Shown piece by piece: positions 41,112 to 52,892 of a stretch of 64,000 nucleotides of DNA. Position 1 is the stretch's first letter, and the number at the start of each line of letters is the position of its first letter. The notes beneath the pieces were generated by a model. That model had not been told where the DNA came from and made no database searches. It worked only from the letters and a program-made list of their open reading frames with translations. The DNA is from an uncultured Bacillota bacterium. Lineage in GTDB: Bacteria; Sysuimicrobiota; Sysuimicrobiia; Sysuimicrobiales; Segetimicrobiaceae. Location: NCBI GenBank assembly GCA_963804645.1, contig CAWDRG010000005.1, positions 296,089-360,088 of the forward strand, read 5' to 3'. Both the position numbers and the translations under genes were made by a program.

Positions 41112-42092
41112 CTACGAGGACGCGCCGAGGGCCAGCGCGGGATCCGGCGAGGCCTGCTCCGCCCGGAACCACGCGACGAAGCGGTCGATCCCCTCCTCGA
41201 GCCCGATCCGCGGCCGATATCCGAGGTCCCGAGAGGCCCGGTCGATGTTGGCGAAGGTGATCGGTACATCACCCGGCTGATCGGGCTGTTCGTCGAGAAT
41301 CGCCCGTCTGCCGAGGGCCCGCTCGATCGTTCCGATGAGATCCGCGAGGCTCGCCGTCACGGATGTGCCGAGGTTGTAGATTTGAAAGCCGCGCGGCTGC
41401 GCGATCGCCTGCACCACACCGTCGATCACGTCATCGACGTGGGTGTAGTCACGCTCCGACCGGCCGTCCCCAAACACGGTGATCGGGCGTCGCTGGGCGA
41501 TGCGGGTCACGAACTGGTAGATCGCCATGTCCGGGCGTTGGTGCGGCCCATAGACCGTAAAGAACCGCAGGCACGTCACCGGGACGCCATGCAAACGATG
41601 GAAGACTTGGCAAAACTGCTCTGCGGCCAGCTTGCTGGCACCGTAGGGCGACGCCGGCACCAGCCGGCTCGTGTCCTCGCAGAACGGGACATCGGGGCTC
41701 ACCCCGTAGACCGCCGACGACGACGCGACGACGACGCGATCGACGCCCGCGCGACGGCTGGCCTCGAGCATGTTGATCGTGCCGGTCACATTGACCTCGG
41801 CGTAGCGCTCCGGCTCCTCGACCGACCGGCGCACTCCTGGCCGAGCGGCCAGATGCACGACCACGTCCTGCTCGCGCGACAACGTTTCCATGAGGTCTCG
41901 ATCGCCCACGTCGCCCCACACCCAATGAAATCTGACCGATCGGAGGGCCCGCAGCAGGTTGTGGCGCTTCAGCCGGGGCGCGTAGTAGTCGTCGAGGTTG
42001 TCGACGCAGGTCACGTCGTGGGCGTCCGCGAGCAGGCGGTCGACCAAATGGGACCCGATGAACCCCGCGCCACCTGTGACCAGAACCCGCAT
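41112..42092 (-). CDS. NAD-dependent epimerase (UDP-glucuronate 4-epimerase-like)
   Basis: VTGGAGFIGSH, HLAARPGVRRS, PYGASK, RFFTVYGP.QRPDMA and QPGDV. Confidence 0.93.
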   Translation of the reverse strand: MRVLVTGGAGFIGSHLVDRLLADAHDVTCVDNLDDYYAPRLKRHNLLRALRSVRFHWVWGDVGDRDLMETLSREQDVVVHLAARPGVRRSVEEPERYAEVNVTGTINMLEASRRAGVDRVVVASSSAVYGVSPDVPFCEDTSRLVPASPYGASKLAAEQFCQVFHRLHGVPVTCLRFFTVYGPHQRPDMAIYQFVTRIAQRRPITVFGDGRSERDYTHVDDVIDGVVQAIAQPRGFQIYNLGTSVTASLADLIGTIERALGRRAILDEQPDQPGDVPITFANIDRASRDLGYRPRIGLEEGIDRFVAWFRAEQASPDPALALGASS

Positions 42093-42436
42093 CGAGCTGC
42101 CTCCGCGCCCCCCGCGGTCACACCGACTCGCCGCTCGCGCGGCTCGAGCATCTACCCCGCACTGGAAGTGCGACTCTCTTGGAACCGTTGGCCTCCTCTC
42201 AGAGGCGCCCCCACGTTCTTCTGAACGGTTTGGGCCAGTTTTTAGAAGGGACGGCCTCGTTCGACTCGCCTAATGGATAACGAACGTGTATTCGCTGTAT
42301 GGTTGTTCGGTTGAGCCCGATCGAACGATTCGAAACTGTACCCGAACAATGGCAAGGAATCGGGCCACTGACTGCCTATTTGTGCAAGGAGTATGCTGGT
42401 ATCACGTCACGACGTCGTTTTCGGAGCCTCGACGGA

Positions 42437-42906
42437 TGATCGATCAACCGCGCAGAACCGACTCCGCGCCGGTGCCGCGTGGATCGTGGTGGTGGCAGGG
42501 CGTACAGATGTACTGGTTTACGTCTGCGTTCGGGGCGGGATGGTTCCGGCCGCGATATGACTTCCCGCGGTTCGTCGAGCGCGGGCTTGGTACCCATATC
42601 TCGTCGACGCTACGGGAGACGGCGCGTATTCTCGATGTCGGGACCGGGTATTCGATCTTGCCCCTCTGGCTCGCACGTCTCCGCAAGTACGAGGTCTATA
42701 TCGTCGACAGCGAGGTGTATCTTTCCAACGTCGTCCGATTTCACGAGTCCGAGATCCGGAAGCTGCCTCAAACAGGATCCGGACGAAAAGCCGCGCGGGC
42801 TTTCCGCGACGGAAGGGGGCCGGGGCTTCGATATAGAAATTTCAAGATAGACGGAAATCTCGCGATAGGCGTTACTTCCGATGGGGTCGCCGAGGCGCAT
42901 GCTTGA
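42437..42906 (+). pseudogene. Truncated class I SAM-methyltransferase-like ORF
   Basis: RILDVGTGYS motif I; no recognisable C-terminal half. Confidence 0.45.
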
Positions 42907-43588
42907 CACACACACGTACTTGGAGCGGCTGCTTCCTCCCTGGTGGTTCGTCCTTCCGCGTCGCTGCAAGATCCCCGGCATGATCAGTCGTGAGGAGGCC
43001 CATTACTATCTTTGGCTGGGGCGCTACTACGAGGGGAAAGGCGAGGCCATAGAGCTTGGCCCGTGGCTCGGCCGATCGACGTTTTTCATCACACAGGGCC
43101 TGCTTAAGAGTCGCGCGTTTCTCAACAAGACGTTGCACGTATTCGACGATTTCATTTGGAAGAGTTGGATGGACCGTTACTACGCCGACCGGGATGACCG
43201 ACCGGCGGAGGGCGCATCGTTTTTGCCGCTCTTTGAGCGATACGTGAAACCGTTTGACCGAGTCCTCACGGTGGAGCGGAGACGCATTTCGACGTGGACC
43301 GGGAATGCCGACGTTCCCGGGATCGATTGGACCGGTCGACCCATTGAACTCATATACGTCGATTGCGGCAGAACGTTCGATGAAAACGAGGCCTGGTGGC
43401 GGATCTTTTCTCCTGCCTTCATACCCCGTCGCACGCTCATCGTCATGCAGGACTGGCAGACGTACAAGGAAACGCCGCCAAAATCCTACAATCAAACGAA
43501 AGAATTCACCGATAGCAAAGGGAAGATCCTTCGCCTGCTTCACGCCTTGCGCCGTGGAGGAGTGGGGACGTTCGTGTTCGAGGGTTGA
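42881..43588 (+). CDS. Putative class I SAM-dependent methyltransferase (Methyltransf_24-like)
   Basis: IELGPWLGRST, LHVFDDF and IELIYVDCG. Confidence 0.65.
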   Translation: MGSPRRMLDTHTYLERLLPPWWFVLPRRCKIPGMISREEAHYYLWLGRYYEGKGEAIELGPWLGRSTFFITQGLLKSRAFLNKTLHVFDDFIWKSWMDRYYADRDDRPAEGASFLPLFERYVKPFDRVLTVERRRISTWTGNADVPGIDWTGRPIELIYVDCGRTFDENEAWWRIFSPAFIPRRTLIVMQDWQTYKETPPKSYNQTKEFTDSKGKILRLLHALRRGGVGTFVFEG

Positions 43589-43857
43589 TCAGTGGTGTTG
43601 CCAACGACGCCCGAGGATTCATCGACTCACGGCCCCGCCATTAGGGGCGAGGGAGTCACACGTAGAGCGGCAGCGCGGAGCGCGTTATCGCAGGCGTCGG
43701 CTGGAGCAGTTCAGGTCCGTCTGCCTCCGTCGGCAGCTTACGGCTCCGTGCTTTCAGTCTGATACTTTTCCACCGCCTCTCATCAACCCGTGCGTGACGG
43801 TCTCCGTCATACGGCTTTCCAATATCTTCCGCAGGTCGCATGCTGCTTGTGCAAGGC

Positions 43858-46492
43858 TCAGGTACACTGAAACCCGACGCCGCCGCACAGCGTGGCCATC
43901 AGCACCCCCTTGTCGGTACTGCCGGTTCGGTAGGTCCGGCAGGTGAACCCGCCGGCGCACGTCGGAATGAACGTGGCGGGCGGATTGTCGGGATTCGCGG
44001 TCGTGTTCAGGGCCACGAGGCCGGAGTGGCCGCCGCCGGAAGTATAGTTGGGGGCCATGAGCCACTGCCTGCCGCTACCGTCCGTGTAGACGTCGATCCC
44101 CGGGGCGGCGAGCGGGTTGTTGTATGGGTTCGTGTCTCCGGTCGCGGTGATTTGTCCCGTCCGCCGCATGGTGGAGGGATTGTAGATCCGGATGCCGAGG
44201 TCGCCTTGGCTCACATAGATCCGCCCGCTCGCCTTGCGGACCTCGCAGATGCCACCCGCGACTGGCATCAAGGATCCCTGCGCGACGTTGGGCGGGTTTC
44301 CGAACCACCCGGCATGCTGAGACACCAGCTTGATAACAGTCGTCGATGCCGGCAGACCGACGGCGCCGGTCACCGGTGACGGGCCGAAGACCTGCGAGCT
44401 CCCCGTGTACTGATACTGCCCAAACACGCTCAACGTCGCCGCCAGCGGCGGCGCGGGCGGCAGTCCCGACACGATGATTGCATTGGACGGATTCGCCAGC
44501 GACAGTGCGTTTGACAGCGTCGACGTCCCGCAGCACACGCCGAAGGCGTCGAAGTAGGCGATCAGCATCCGGTAGGTGTACGGCGTCTCGACGCTCCCCC
44601 CCGTGCCCGCGGCGATGGTGGGTGCCGACACGAAGGTCATGAGCCGATCCGGAATATCCTCCGTCACGATCGGTGCGATGATGCCGAGGTTGCCGACCCC
44701 AAACGCCATGACGCCGAGCGCAGAATCCGCGACCCACAGCGTGGAACCCGGCACGCCGCTGGCGCCGTCCAGGAACATCCCCGTGTGCAACTGCGTCCCA
44801 AACGGCCCCGTGTACGTCGCAACCGGCGTGAGCGCGTACGACGGAGCGGACCCCACCGAGTAGGTCACGATCTTGAGCCACCCATAGGCGTTGACGACGG
44901 CGGTCAGATGCTTCCCGTCCCACGCGGTGTTGACAAGCGTCGCATCCCCATAGCACACGAGCGGCGTCATCGCGCCGTTCTGGCACCGGAACAGATAGTC
45001 GTTGCCGTTGTCTGCCGCACCGGGTGCGATCCACAACGTCGGGTCCGTGCCCCCCGCCGTGGTGCCGAACGGCTGCAGTCGGCTGCCGATCAGGGTGCCC
45101 ACGGTGCCAGTAGAGATCAGGTTGTCCCGCTGATCATGCACCTCATACGAGAAGCGGCACGTCGAATACACGTACTCGGCGGAGTCGCCCGCGACCGTCG
45201 TGGCCTGTCGCGTTTCCGCATTCGCGTAGCACGTCTGGAGTACGGCGGCCGCGCCGCCGGCGGCGACCTTCGAGACGTCGTAAATGACCGTGCCGCCTGG
45301 TCCCGGTCCCGTTCCCCCCTCGGACGAGAGCGCGAACTTGGTCCCGTCGGGGCTGACCGCCGTGTCGACGGCCGGACACGATATGGTGCCGCCCGGGCCG
45401 GACTGCGTCCATCCCGGAATGGTGGTGATCAGGCGCAGCGCATCCGCAGCCCCGATCGCGAGCACGTCTGTTCCCGATTGATTCGCGTCGCCCCACGTCG
45501 CGTACAGGAGATTGTGCACGCGGTCGAGTTTGAGGTTCCCGTACCCAGTTGCGCGCGCGGGCGCCTGGTAGACTGCGGCGCCGCCGATCAGCGCCGGCGC
45601 GGTCGGCGTCGTGAGGTCGTACGTCCGAATCACGTTCCCGTTCCCAGTGTACAGCCGGTTGCCGTTTGGCACGCCGACGTGCTGACTCGGCATCGTGGCG
45701 AGCAGCGCCGGTGCCGCCCCTCCGGCGAGGGGGGCCAGATTGAATAGGTACAGGTTCCCCGTTCCGTTGTCGCAGCACACGAGCCGTTGATTCGTCCGAT
45801 CGATCTCCATGCCGTAGACGCCGTTCCACTGCGCTGCCGACTGGAACGTGTACGTCGCGCCGGTCTGGATGCTCGTCGCGGTCAGCGTGCCCGGCTGTCC
45901 GTTGTGCGCAAGGTAGACGTACCCGCTGTCGATCTGTACCGACTTGGCTGACGCCGTTGAAGGGCTTTGGCCAATTCGCGTTTGCCATCGCCATCGTCGA
46001 GCCGTTGAGCACGTGTGCCTGCGGGACGATCGTGTTGTTGACCGCCACGTACCCCTTGAACTGCGCGCTTTTCCGCGGGTTGTTGTATACGGTGTTGTTG
46101 CAGGCGTAAGAGAACACGGTACTCTGCCCGCTCTGCGTGTCAATCCGGATGACCCCGCTGTCTCCCTCCTGGGTCGGTACGTACACGTACCGGCTGTCGT
46201 CACTGAAGGACGGGCCGCCCGCGAATCCCTGGAAGCTCGCTTTGGTCACGGGTCCCATGATCGCCGGTCCGGCATAGTTGCCATACACCGTCATGTCGCG
46301 AAGCTTCTGCCAGGTCCCCGTTGTGGTGGTCACCGATCCAGACCTGACGATCGGGGGCGCGGCGGGGTTCTGACTGGGCGCGGCGGACGCAACCCCGCCC
46401 ATCGCCTCGCCCAACCCAATGGCGACCGCCAAACGTGCGCCGTGTCGGAGCAACGTCCTACGGCTATAGGTAGACCGGCGAGTGTGTGTCAT
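43858..46492 (-). CDS. Tat-signal secreted beta-propeller-like (LVIVD-repeat-like) protein, copy 1; frameshift near 45945
   Basis: YSRRTLLRHG twin-arginine signal; repeated YD.T.PT.P.LIG and YVS.GD.GI.IY blades. The 3' end is approximate. Confidence 0.7.
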
Positions 46493-46900
46493 CTGATCGA
46501 TGCCTCCCCGGGCGCCGTCATACGACGGCGCCCTGTCGACGATGAGTGCGCCAAAAACCCGCCCATGCGGAAACCGGACCGGTCACGAAGTCACCGCGTT
46601 TCGTTGGCCTCCCCGACCGCACGACGAAGCGTCAAGGCAGCCATCCCGTCTCGTCATTGTACTGTGCACCCCGAAGCGTTATGCCCGTCAGAACTTCCGT
46701 TCCGGACGCCGACGGAAAAAAATGTTCGATCGAGGGTGCGCCGCGGGTCCGTGCGCGTGCGGACGTGCGTGGCGCACACGATGGCGTGACTCCTAGGCGT
46801 CTCGCGCAGCGAGCCCAGCGCGAGACGGCGTCTAGAGGATGCCCACGAGCGGTATAACCAGGAGGACGACGCACGGAACGAGTGCGGTGGCATGACTACG

Positions 46901-47265
46901 GCATCGTTTTTGCCGCTCTTTGAGCGATACGGGAAACGGTGTGACCGAGACCTCACGGTGGAGCGGGGACGCATTTCGACGTGGGCCGGGAATGCTGACG
47001 TTCCAGAGATCGATTGAACCGGTCGACCATTGAACTCATATACGTCGATTGCGGCAGAACGTTCGATGAAAACGACGCCTGGTGGCGGATCTTTTCTCCT
47101 GCCTTCATACCCCGTCGCACGCTGATCGTCAAGCAGGACTGGCAAGCGTACAAGGAAACGCCGCCAAAACCCTACAATCAAACGAAAGAATTCACCGATA
47201 GCAAAGGAAAGATCCTGCGCCTGCTTCACGCCTTGCGCCGAGGAGGAGTGGGGACGTTAGTGTAG
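46901..47265 (+). pseudogene. Duplicated 3' half of the methyltransferase gene, with new stop codons
   Basis: Copy of 43214-43588 with TGG>TGA near 47016 and an earlier TAG. Confidence 0.8.
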
Positions 47266-47492
47266 AAGGGTTGATCAGTGGTGTTGCCAACGACGCCCGA
47301 GGATTCATCGACTCACGGCCGCGCCATTAGGGGCGAGGGAGTCACAAGTAGAGCGGCAGCGCGGAGCGCGTTATCGCAGGCGCCGGCTGGAGCAGTTCAG
47401 GTCGGTCTGCCTCCGTCGGCAGCTTACGGCTCCGTGCTTTCAGTCTGATACTTTTCGACCGCCTCTCATCAACCCGTGCGTGACGGTCTCCG

Positions 47493-50177
47493 TCATACGG
47501 CTTTCCAATGTCTTCCGCAGGTCGCATGCTGCTTGTGCAAGACTGAGGTACACTGAAACCCGACGCCGCCGCACAGCGTGGCCATGAGCACGCCCTTGTC
47601 GGTACTGCCGGTTCGGTAGGTCCGGCAGGTGAACCCGCCGGCGCACGTCGGAATGAACGTGGCGGGGGGATTATCGGGATTCGCGGTCGTGTTCAGGGCC
47701 ACGAGGCCGAGTGGCCGCCGCCGGAAGTATAGTTGGGGGCCATGAGCCACTGCCTGCCGCTCCCGTCCGTGTAGACGTCGATCCCCGGGGCGGCGAGCGG
47801 GTTGTTGTCTGGGTTCGTGTCTCCGGTCGCGGTGATTTGTCCCGTCCGCCGCATGGTGGATGGATTGTAGACCCGGATGCCGAGGTCGCCTTGGCTCACA
47901 TAGATCCGCCCGCTCGCCTTGCGGACCTCGCAGATGCCACCCGCGACGGGCATCAAGGATCCCTGCGCGACGTTGGGCGGGTTTCCGAACCACCCGGCAT
48001 GCTGAGACACCAGCTTGATAGCGTCGTCGACGCCGGCAGCCCGACGGCGCCGGTCACCGGCGACGGGCCGAAGATCTGCGGGCTCCCCGTGTACTGATAC
48101 TGCCCAAACACGCTCAACGTCGCCGCCAGCGGCGGCGCGGGCGGCAGCCCCGACACGATGATTGCATTGGACGGATTCGCCAGCGACAGCGCGTTGGAGA
48201 GCGTCGACGTCCCGCAGCACACGCCGAAGGCGTCGAAGTAGGCGATCAGCATCCGGTAGGTGTACGGCGTCTCGACGCTTCCCCCGGTGCCCGCGGCGAT
48301 GGTGGGTGCCGACACGAAGGTCATGAGCCGATCCGGGATATCCTCCGTCACGATCGGTGCGATGATGCCGAGGTGGCCGACCCCAAACGCCATGACGCCC
48401 AGCGCAGAATCCGCGACCCACAGCGTGGAACCCGGCACGCCGCTGGCGCCGTCCAGGAACATCCCCGTGTGCAACTGCGTCCCAAACGGCCCCGTGTACG
48501 TCGCAACCGGCGTGAGCGCGTAGGACGGAGCGGACCCGACCGAGTAGGTCACGATCTTGAACCACCCATAGGCGTTGACGACGGCGGTCAGATGTTTCCC
48601 GTCCCACGCGGTGTTGACGAGCGTCGCATCCCCATAGCACACGAGCGGCGTCATTGCGCCGTTCTGGCACCGGAACAGATAGTCGTTGCCGTTGTCTGCC
48701 GCACCGGGTGCGATCCGCAACGTCGGGTCCGTGCCCCCCGCCGTGGTGCCGAACGGCTGCAGTCGGCTGCCGATCAGGGTGCCCAGGGTGCCGGTAGAGA
48801 TGAGGTTGTCCAGCTGGATCATGCACCTCATACGAGAAGCGGCACGTCGAATACACGTACTCGGCGGAGTCGCCCGCGACCGTCGTGGCCTGTCGCGTTT
48901 CCGCATTCGCGTAGCACCGCTGGAGTACGGCGGCCGCGCCGCCGGCGGCGACCTTCGAGACGTCGTAAATGACCGTGCCGCCTGGTCCCGGTCCCGTTCC
49001 CGCCCTCGGACGAGAGCGCGAACTTGGTCCCGTCGGGGCTGACCGCCGTGTCGACGGCCGGACACGATATGGTGCCGCCCGGGCCGGACTGCGTCCATCC
49101 CGGAATGGTGGTGATCAGGCGCAGCGCATCCGCAGCCCCGATCGCGAGCACGTCTGTTCCCGATTGATTCGCGTCGCCCCACGTCGCGTACAGGAGATTG
49201 TGCACGCGGTCGAGTTTGAGGCTCCCGTACCCGGTTGCGCGCGCGGGCGCCTGGTAGACTGCGGCGCCGCCGATCAGCGCCGGCGCGGTCGGCGTCGTGA
49301 GGTCGTACGTCCGAATCACGTTCCCGTTCCCGGCGTACAGCCGGTTGCCGTTTGGCACGCCGACGTGCTGACTCGGCATCGTGGCGAGCAGCGCCGGTGC
49401 CGCCCCTCCGGCGAGGGGGGCCAGATTGAATAGGTACAGGTTCCCCGTTCCGTTGTCGCAGCACACGAGCAGTTGATTCGTCCGATCGATCTCCATGCCG
49501 TAGACGCCGTTCCAGTGCGCTGCCGACTGGAACGTGTACGTCGCCCCGGTCTGGATGCTCGTCGCGGTCAGCGTGCCCGGCTGTCCGTTGTGCGCAAGGT
49601 AGACGTACCTGCTGTCGATCTGTACCGACTGGCTGACGCCGTTGAAGGGTTTCGGCCAATTCGCGTTTGCCATCGCCATGGTCGAGCCGTTGAGCACGTG
49701 TGCCTGCGGGACGATCGTGTTGTTGACCGCCACGTACCCCTTGAACTGCGCGCTTTTCCGCGGGTTGCTGTATACGGTGTTGTTGCAGGCGTAAGAGAAC
49801 ACGGTACTCTGCCCGCTCTGCGTGTCAATCCGGATGACCCCGCTGTCTCCCTCCTGGGTCGGTACGTACACGTACCGGCTGTCGTCGCTGAAGGACGGGC
49901 CGCCCGCGAATCCCTGGAAGCTCGCTTTGGTCACGGGTCCCATGATCGCCGGTCCGGCATAGTTGCCATACACCGTCATGTCGCGAAGCTTCTGCCAGGT
50001 CCCCGTTGCGGTGGTCACCGATCCAGACCTGACGCTCGGGGGCGCGGCGGGGTTCTGACTGGGCGCGGCGGACGCAACCCCGCCCATTGCCTCGCCCAAC
50101 CCAATGGCGACCGCCAGACGTGCGCCGTGTCGGAGCAACGTCCTACGGCTATAGGTAGACCGGCGCGTGTGTGTCAT
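47493..50177 (-). CDS. Tat-signal beta-propeller-like protein, copy 2; frameshifts near 49000, 48020 and 47710
   Basis: Near-identical to copy 1; frameshifts fall at different positions. Confidence 0.7.
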
Positions 50178-50482
50178 CTGATCGATGCCTCCCCGGGCGC
50201 CGTCATACGACGGCGCCCTGTCGACGATGAGTGCGCCAAAAACCCGCCCATGCGGAAACCGGACCGGTCACGAAGTCACCGCGTTTCGTTGGCCTCCCCG
50301 ACCGCACGACGAAGCGTCAAGGCAGCCATCCCGTCTCGTCATTGTACTGTGCACCCCGAAGCGTTATGCCCGTCAGAACTTCCGTTCCGGACGCCGACGG
50401 AAAAAAATGTTCGATCGAGGGTGCGCCGCGGGTCCGTGCGCGTGCGGACGTGCGTGGCGCACACGATCGCGTGACTCCTAGG

Positions 50483-50512
50483 CGTCTCGCGCAGCGAGCC
50501 CTGCGCGAGACG
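50483..50512. terminator. Strong GC hairpin between paralogous genes (weaker copy near 46798-46827)
   Basis: CGTCTCGCGCAG-CGAGCC-CTGCGCGAGACG; no clear U-tract. Confidence 0.4.
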
Positions 50513-50746
50513 GCGTCTAGAGGATGCCCACAAGCGGTATAACCAGGAGGACGACGCACGGTACGCGTGCGGTGGCATGACTACGGCATGCGAACCCACC
50601 TTCATCCCCGGGTTCCTCCAGCTCGGGCCCCAGAAGAACCCGTCCTACCCTTCCTGGAAACGGCGCCCACCGGAATGGCCGCACCTGCGGACGAGTTCTC
50701 ATCCACCTCTTCATCCTCGGCTGCCCGGACGGCGTGGCCGCCCGCC

Positions 50747-52892
50747 TTACGGGTAGTTCTCGATGGACAGCCGCTCGATGCCCCAGAGCGGACAGCGCAT
50801 GATCGTTCCCCCCAGATAGCGGCTGCGGAAGTTAGGAGAGTTTCGTCCCGGCCATGATGCGAACAGGCCGGGGTTGTCTGGCGTCCGCCGCAGGTCGAAC
50901 ACGTACACACCCTCGTTGGAGAAGTGCTGGATCCCGTCCCCATAATGCGAGATGACGAGCAGATCGTCACGCACCGTGTCGAGAAAACACACGAAGTAGC
51001 CAGGGATCGCGCCCGTCTGCGACAATCGCGACACGTCGTAGATACGGACGCTGCCGCTTCCGCAGCCCACGTAGACGCGGTTCCTCGCGACCGCGAGGCC
51101 GCAGTGCGGCCCATTGATCGCATACGAAAACTTGTCCTGGCGAAGCAGCCGGGGCGCCGCCGGAGTGCTGACGTCCACGGCCACGACACCGCAGTTCTCG
51201 CCGGTGCCCCACAGTGTGGTGCCGCTGAGCGCGACCGCCCGCAGGACCCCGGACGTCCCGCCGGAGAGGTCCGGGATCTGCAGCGCGCCCACGGGCGTCA
51301 GCGCGTACCCGTCGGCGGCTGACCCGACCGTGTAGACCACGACGCCGGTGGTGCCGCCCTGATAGAGGTGCGTCCCGTCGAACGCCAGGGCGAAACTCGT
51401 CTCGTTGTCCCAGTGAAATGACGTCTTGGCGATCGCACCCCGGGCGAGCGACCACCCCGTGATGCCCTGATTGCCGGCAAACCCGCCGGGACACAGCACG
51501 AGTCCGTCCTTGAACGGAATCCACGCCCCTTCGTGATAATCGCCGTCATAGAACGTGCTGACGAGCGCACCCCGCGGATCGTAAGACGCGATTAGATAGT
51601 CCCCGAACGAGTAGGTGTATCCCGCCGCGTCTACGTACACGTCCCGGGATTCCCCGGCCGTCGGCAACGCCCCAACCGGCGTGATGACGTCGCGGCCGAC
51701 GGAATGGAACCGCACGCCATAATTATAATACGTGACGGCCGCCACCCCGCCCGACGAAACGGTGAGCCCGAGCGGGACGGCGCTCGTCCGGTCGGTCAGT
51801 CGCCACTCGTTCGTGGTCAGGAGCGCGGGGGCATTCCCACTGACATCGAAGATTGCAAGTCCGGCCGATTTGCCAGGATCCGCTGCGTGCGTCCCGATAT
51901 TGGCTGTCGAATACAGCGCGTACACCCGGGTGCCCTCGGCGTTCGCCTGGAGCTGCCCGTAGGCGGTGACCACGTTGCCGCCGGCCGGGGAGTCGTAGAC
52001 AGGGCTGTTCGCGTATCGGCCCAGTAAGCGCGGCGCCGTCGCGCTCGAGATGTCCCAGCACTGCAGCTCTCCGCTCGGATCGGTCCACAACCGTGTCCCG
52101 GCGGTCGCGAGATTGCCGGTCGGACATTTGAACGAGCCCCGTAGCACCGGCGCATCGGGGCGCGAGACGTCGAACAGGAACACCGTGTCCGGGCCGAACA
52201 CCGAGACGGCCAGCACGATTGACGTGTTCGTTGAGCGCGATCCCGTAGATGGTCTGCGCGCGGCCTCCGTTGGACCAGTCCATGCCCGGGACGGTGACGC
52301 CGGCGCGTTCCGCGCCGTGAGCGTCCAGCACCACGACACGGCCGGGATTCGACTCCAGGGGCACATATACGTACGCGCCGTTCGTCGCGATCGCGTGCCC
52401 GGGGGCCGGCATCCGCTTCGCCCACAGGACCGCCCACGAGGACGGATCGACCCGGCTGACCGTGGTGTTGCCGAGCGACGTGGAGAACGCAAGCAGCCCA
52501 CCGCGCTGTGCAACCGCCCACGCCTCGTAGGTCGGTCCGCCGATGTAGGCCGTGAGTCGCGGGCGGGACGGCGCGCTCGCGTCGATGCGAAGGGCCGCCA
52601 TAAAGTCCGATCCCCATTGGCCAAATACAGCGTCGTGCCGTCGTCGCTCCAGGCTGCCCCGTCGGCGTTGCCCTGGCCGGTCACGCTCGTGTGCTGCAGA
52701 CGCAGACCTCTCGGCGGGCGAGATGGCACCCTGCGCCATCGGCACCGCCACGTTCCGGACCGCCTGGACGAGTTTGTCGATCCGGTGCCCGAAAATCGGC
52801 GTGCACGCCTGCACGCCACCGCCGAGGACGGTCGCAAGCGTCGCCGCCAACCGGACGAACGACCTGCGGGACAGCGCCAGCCGGCGTGTCAT
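50747..52892 (-). CDS. Third, divergent Tat-signal beta-propeller-like protein; frameshifted
   Basis: LSRRSFVRLAA signal with a possible lipobox (VQAC); FDVSRPDAP, WDISSATAP and VDVSTPAAP repeats. Shares motifs with copies 1 and 2 (FDGTHLY vs WDGKHLT, YTVGS..YALTPV, TPDNP). Confidence 0.7.

Larger units (their letters stand above)
43214..50589. repeat. Diverged direct tandem duplication (units 43214-46900 and 46901-50585) with GCAT microhomology
   Basis: Colinear near-identity of the two ~3.69-kb units. GCAT occurs at 43214, 46901 and 50586. Confidence 0.95.

Noticed and set aside
43214..50589. Duplicated region as a DGR template/variable repeat pair
   Set aside because: The unit is 3.7 kb and the differences are not restricted to adenines.
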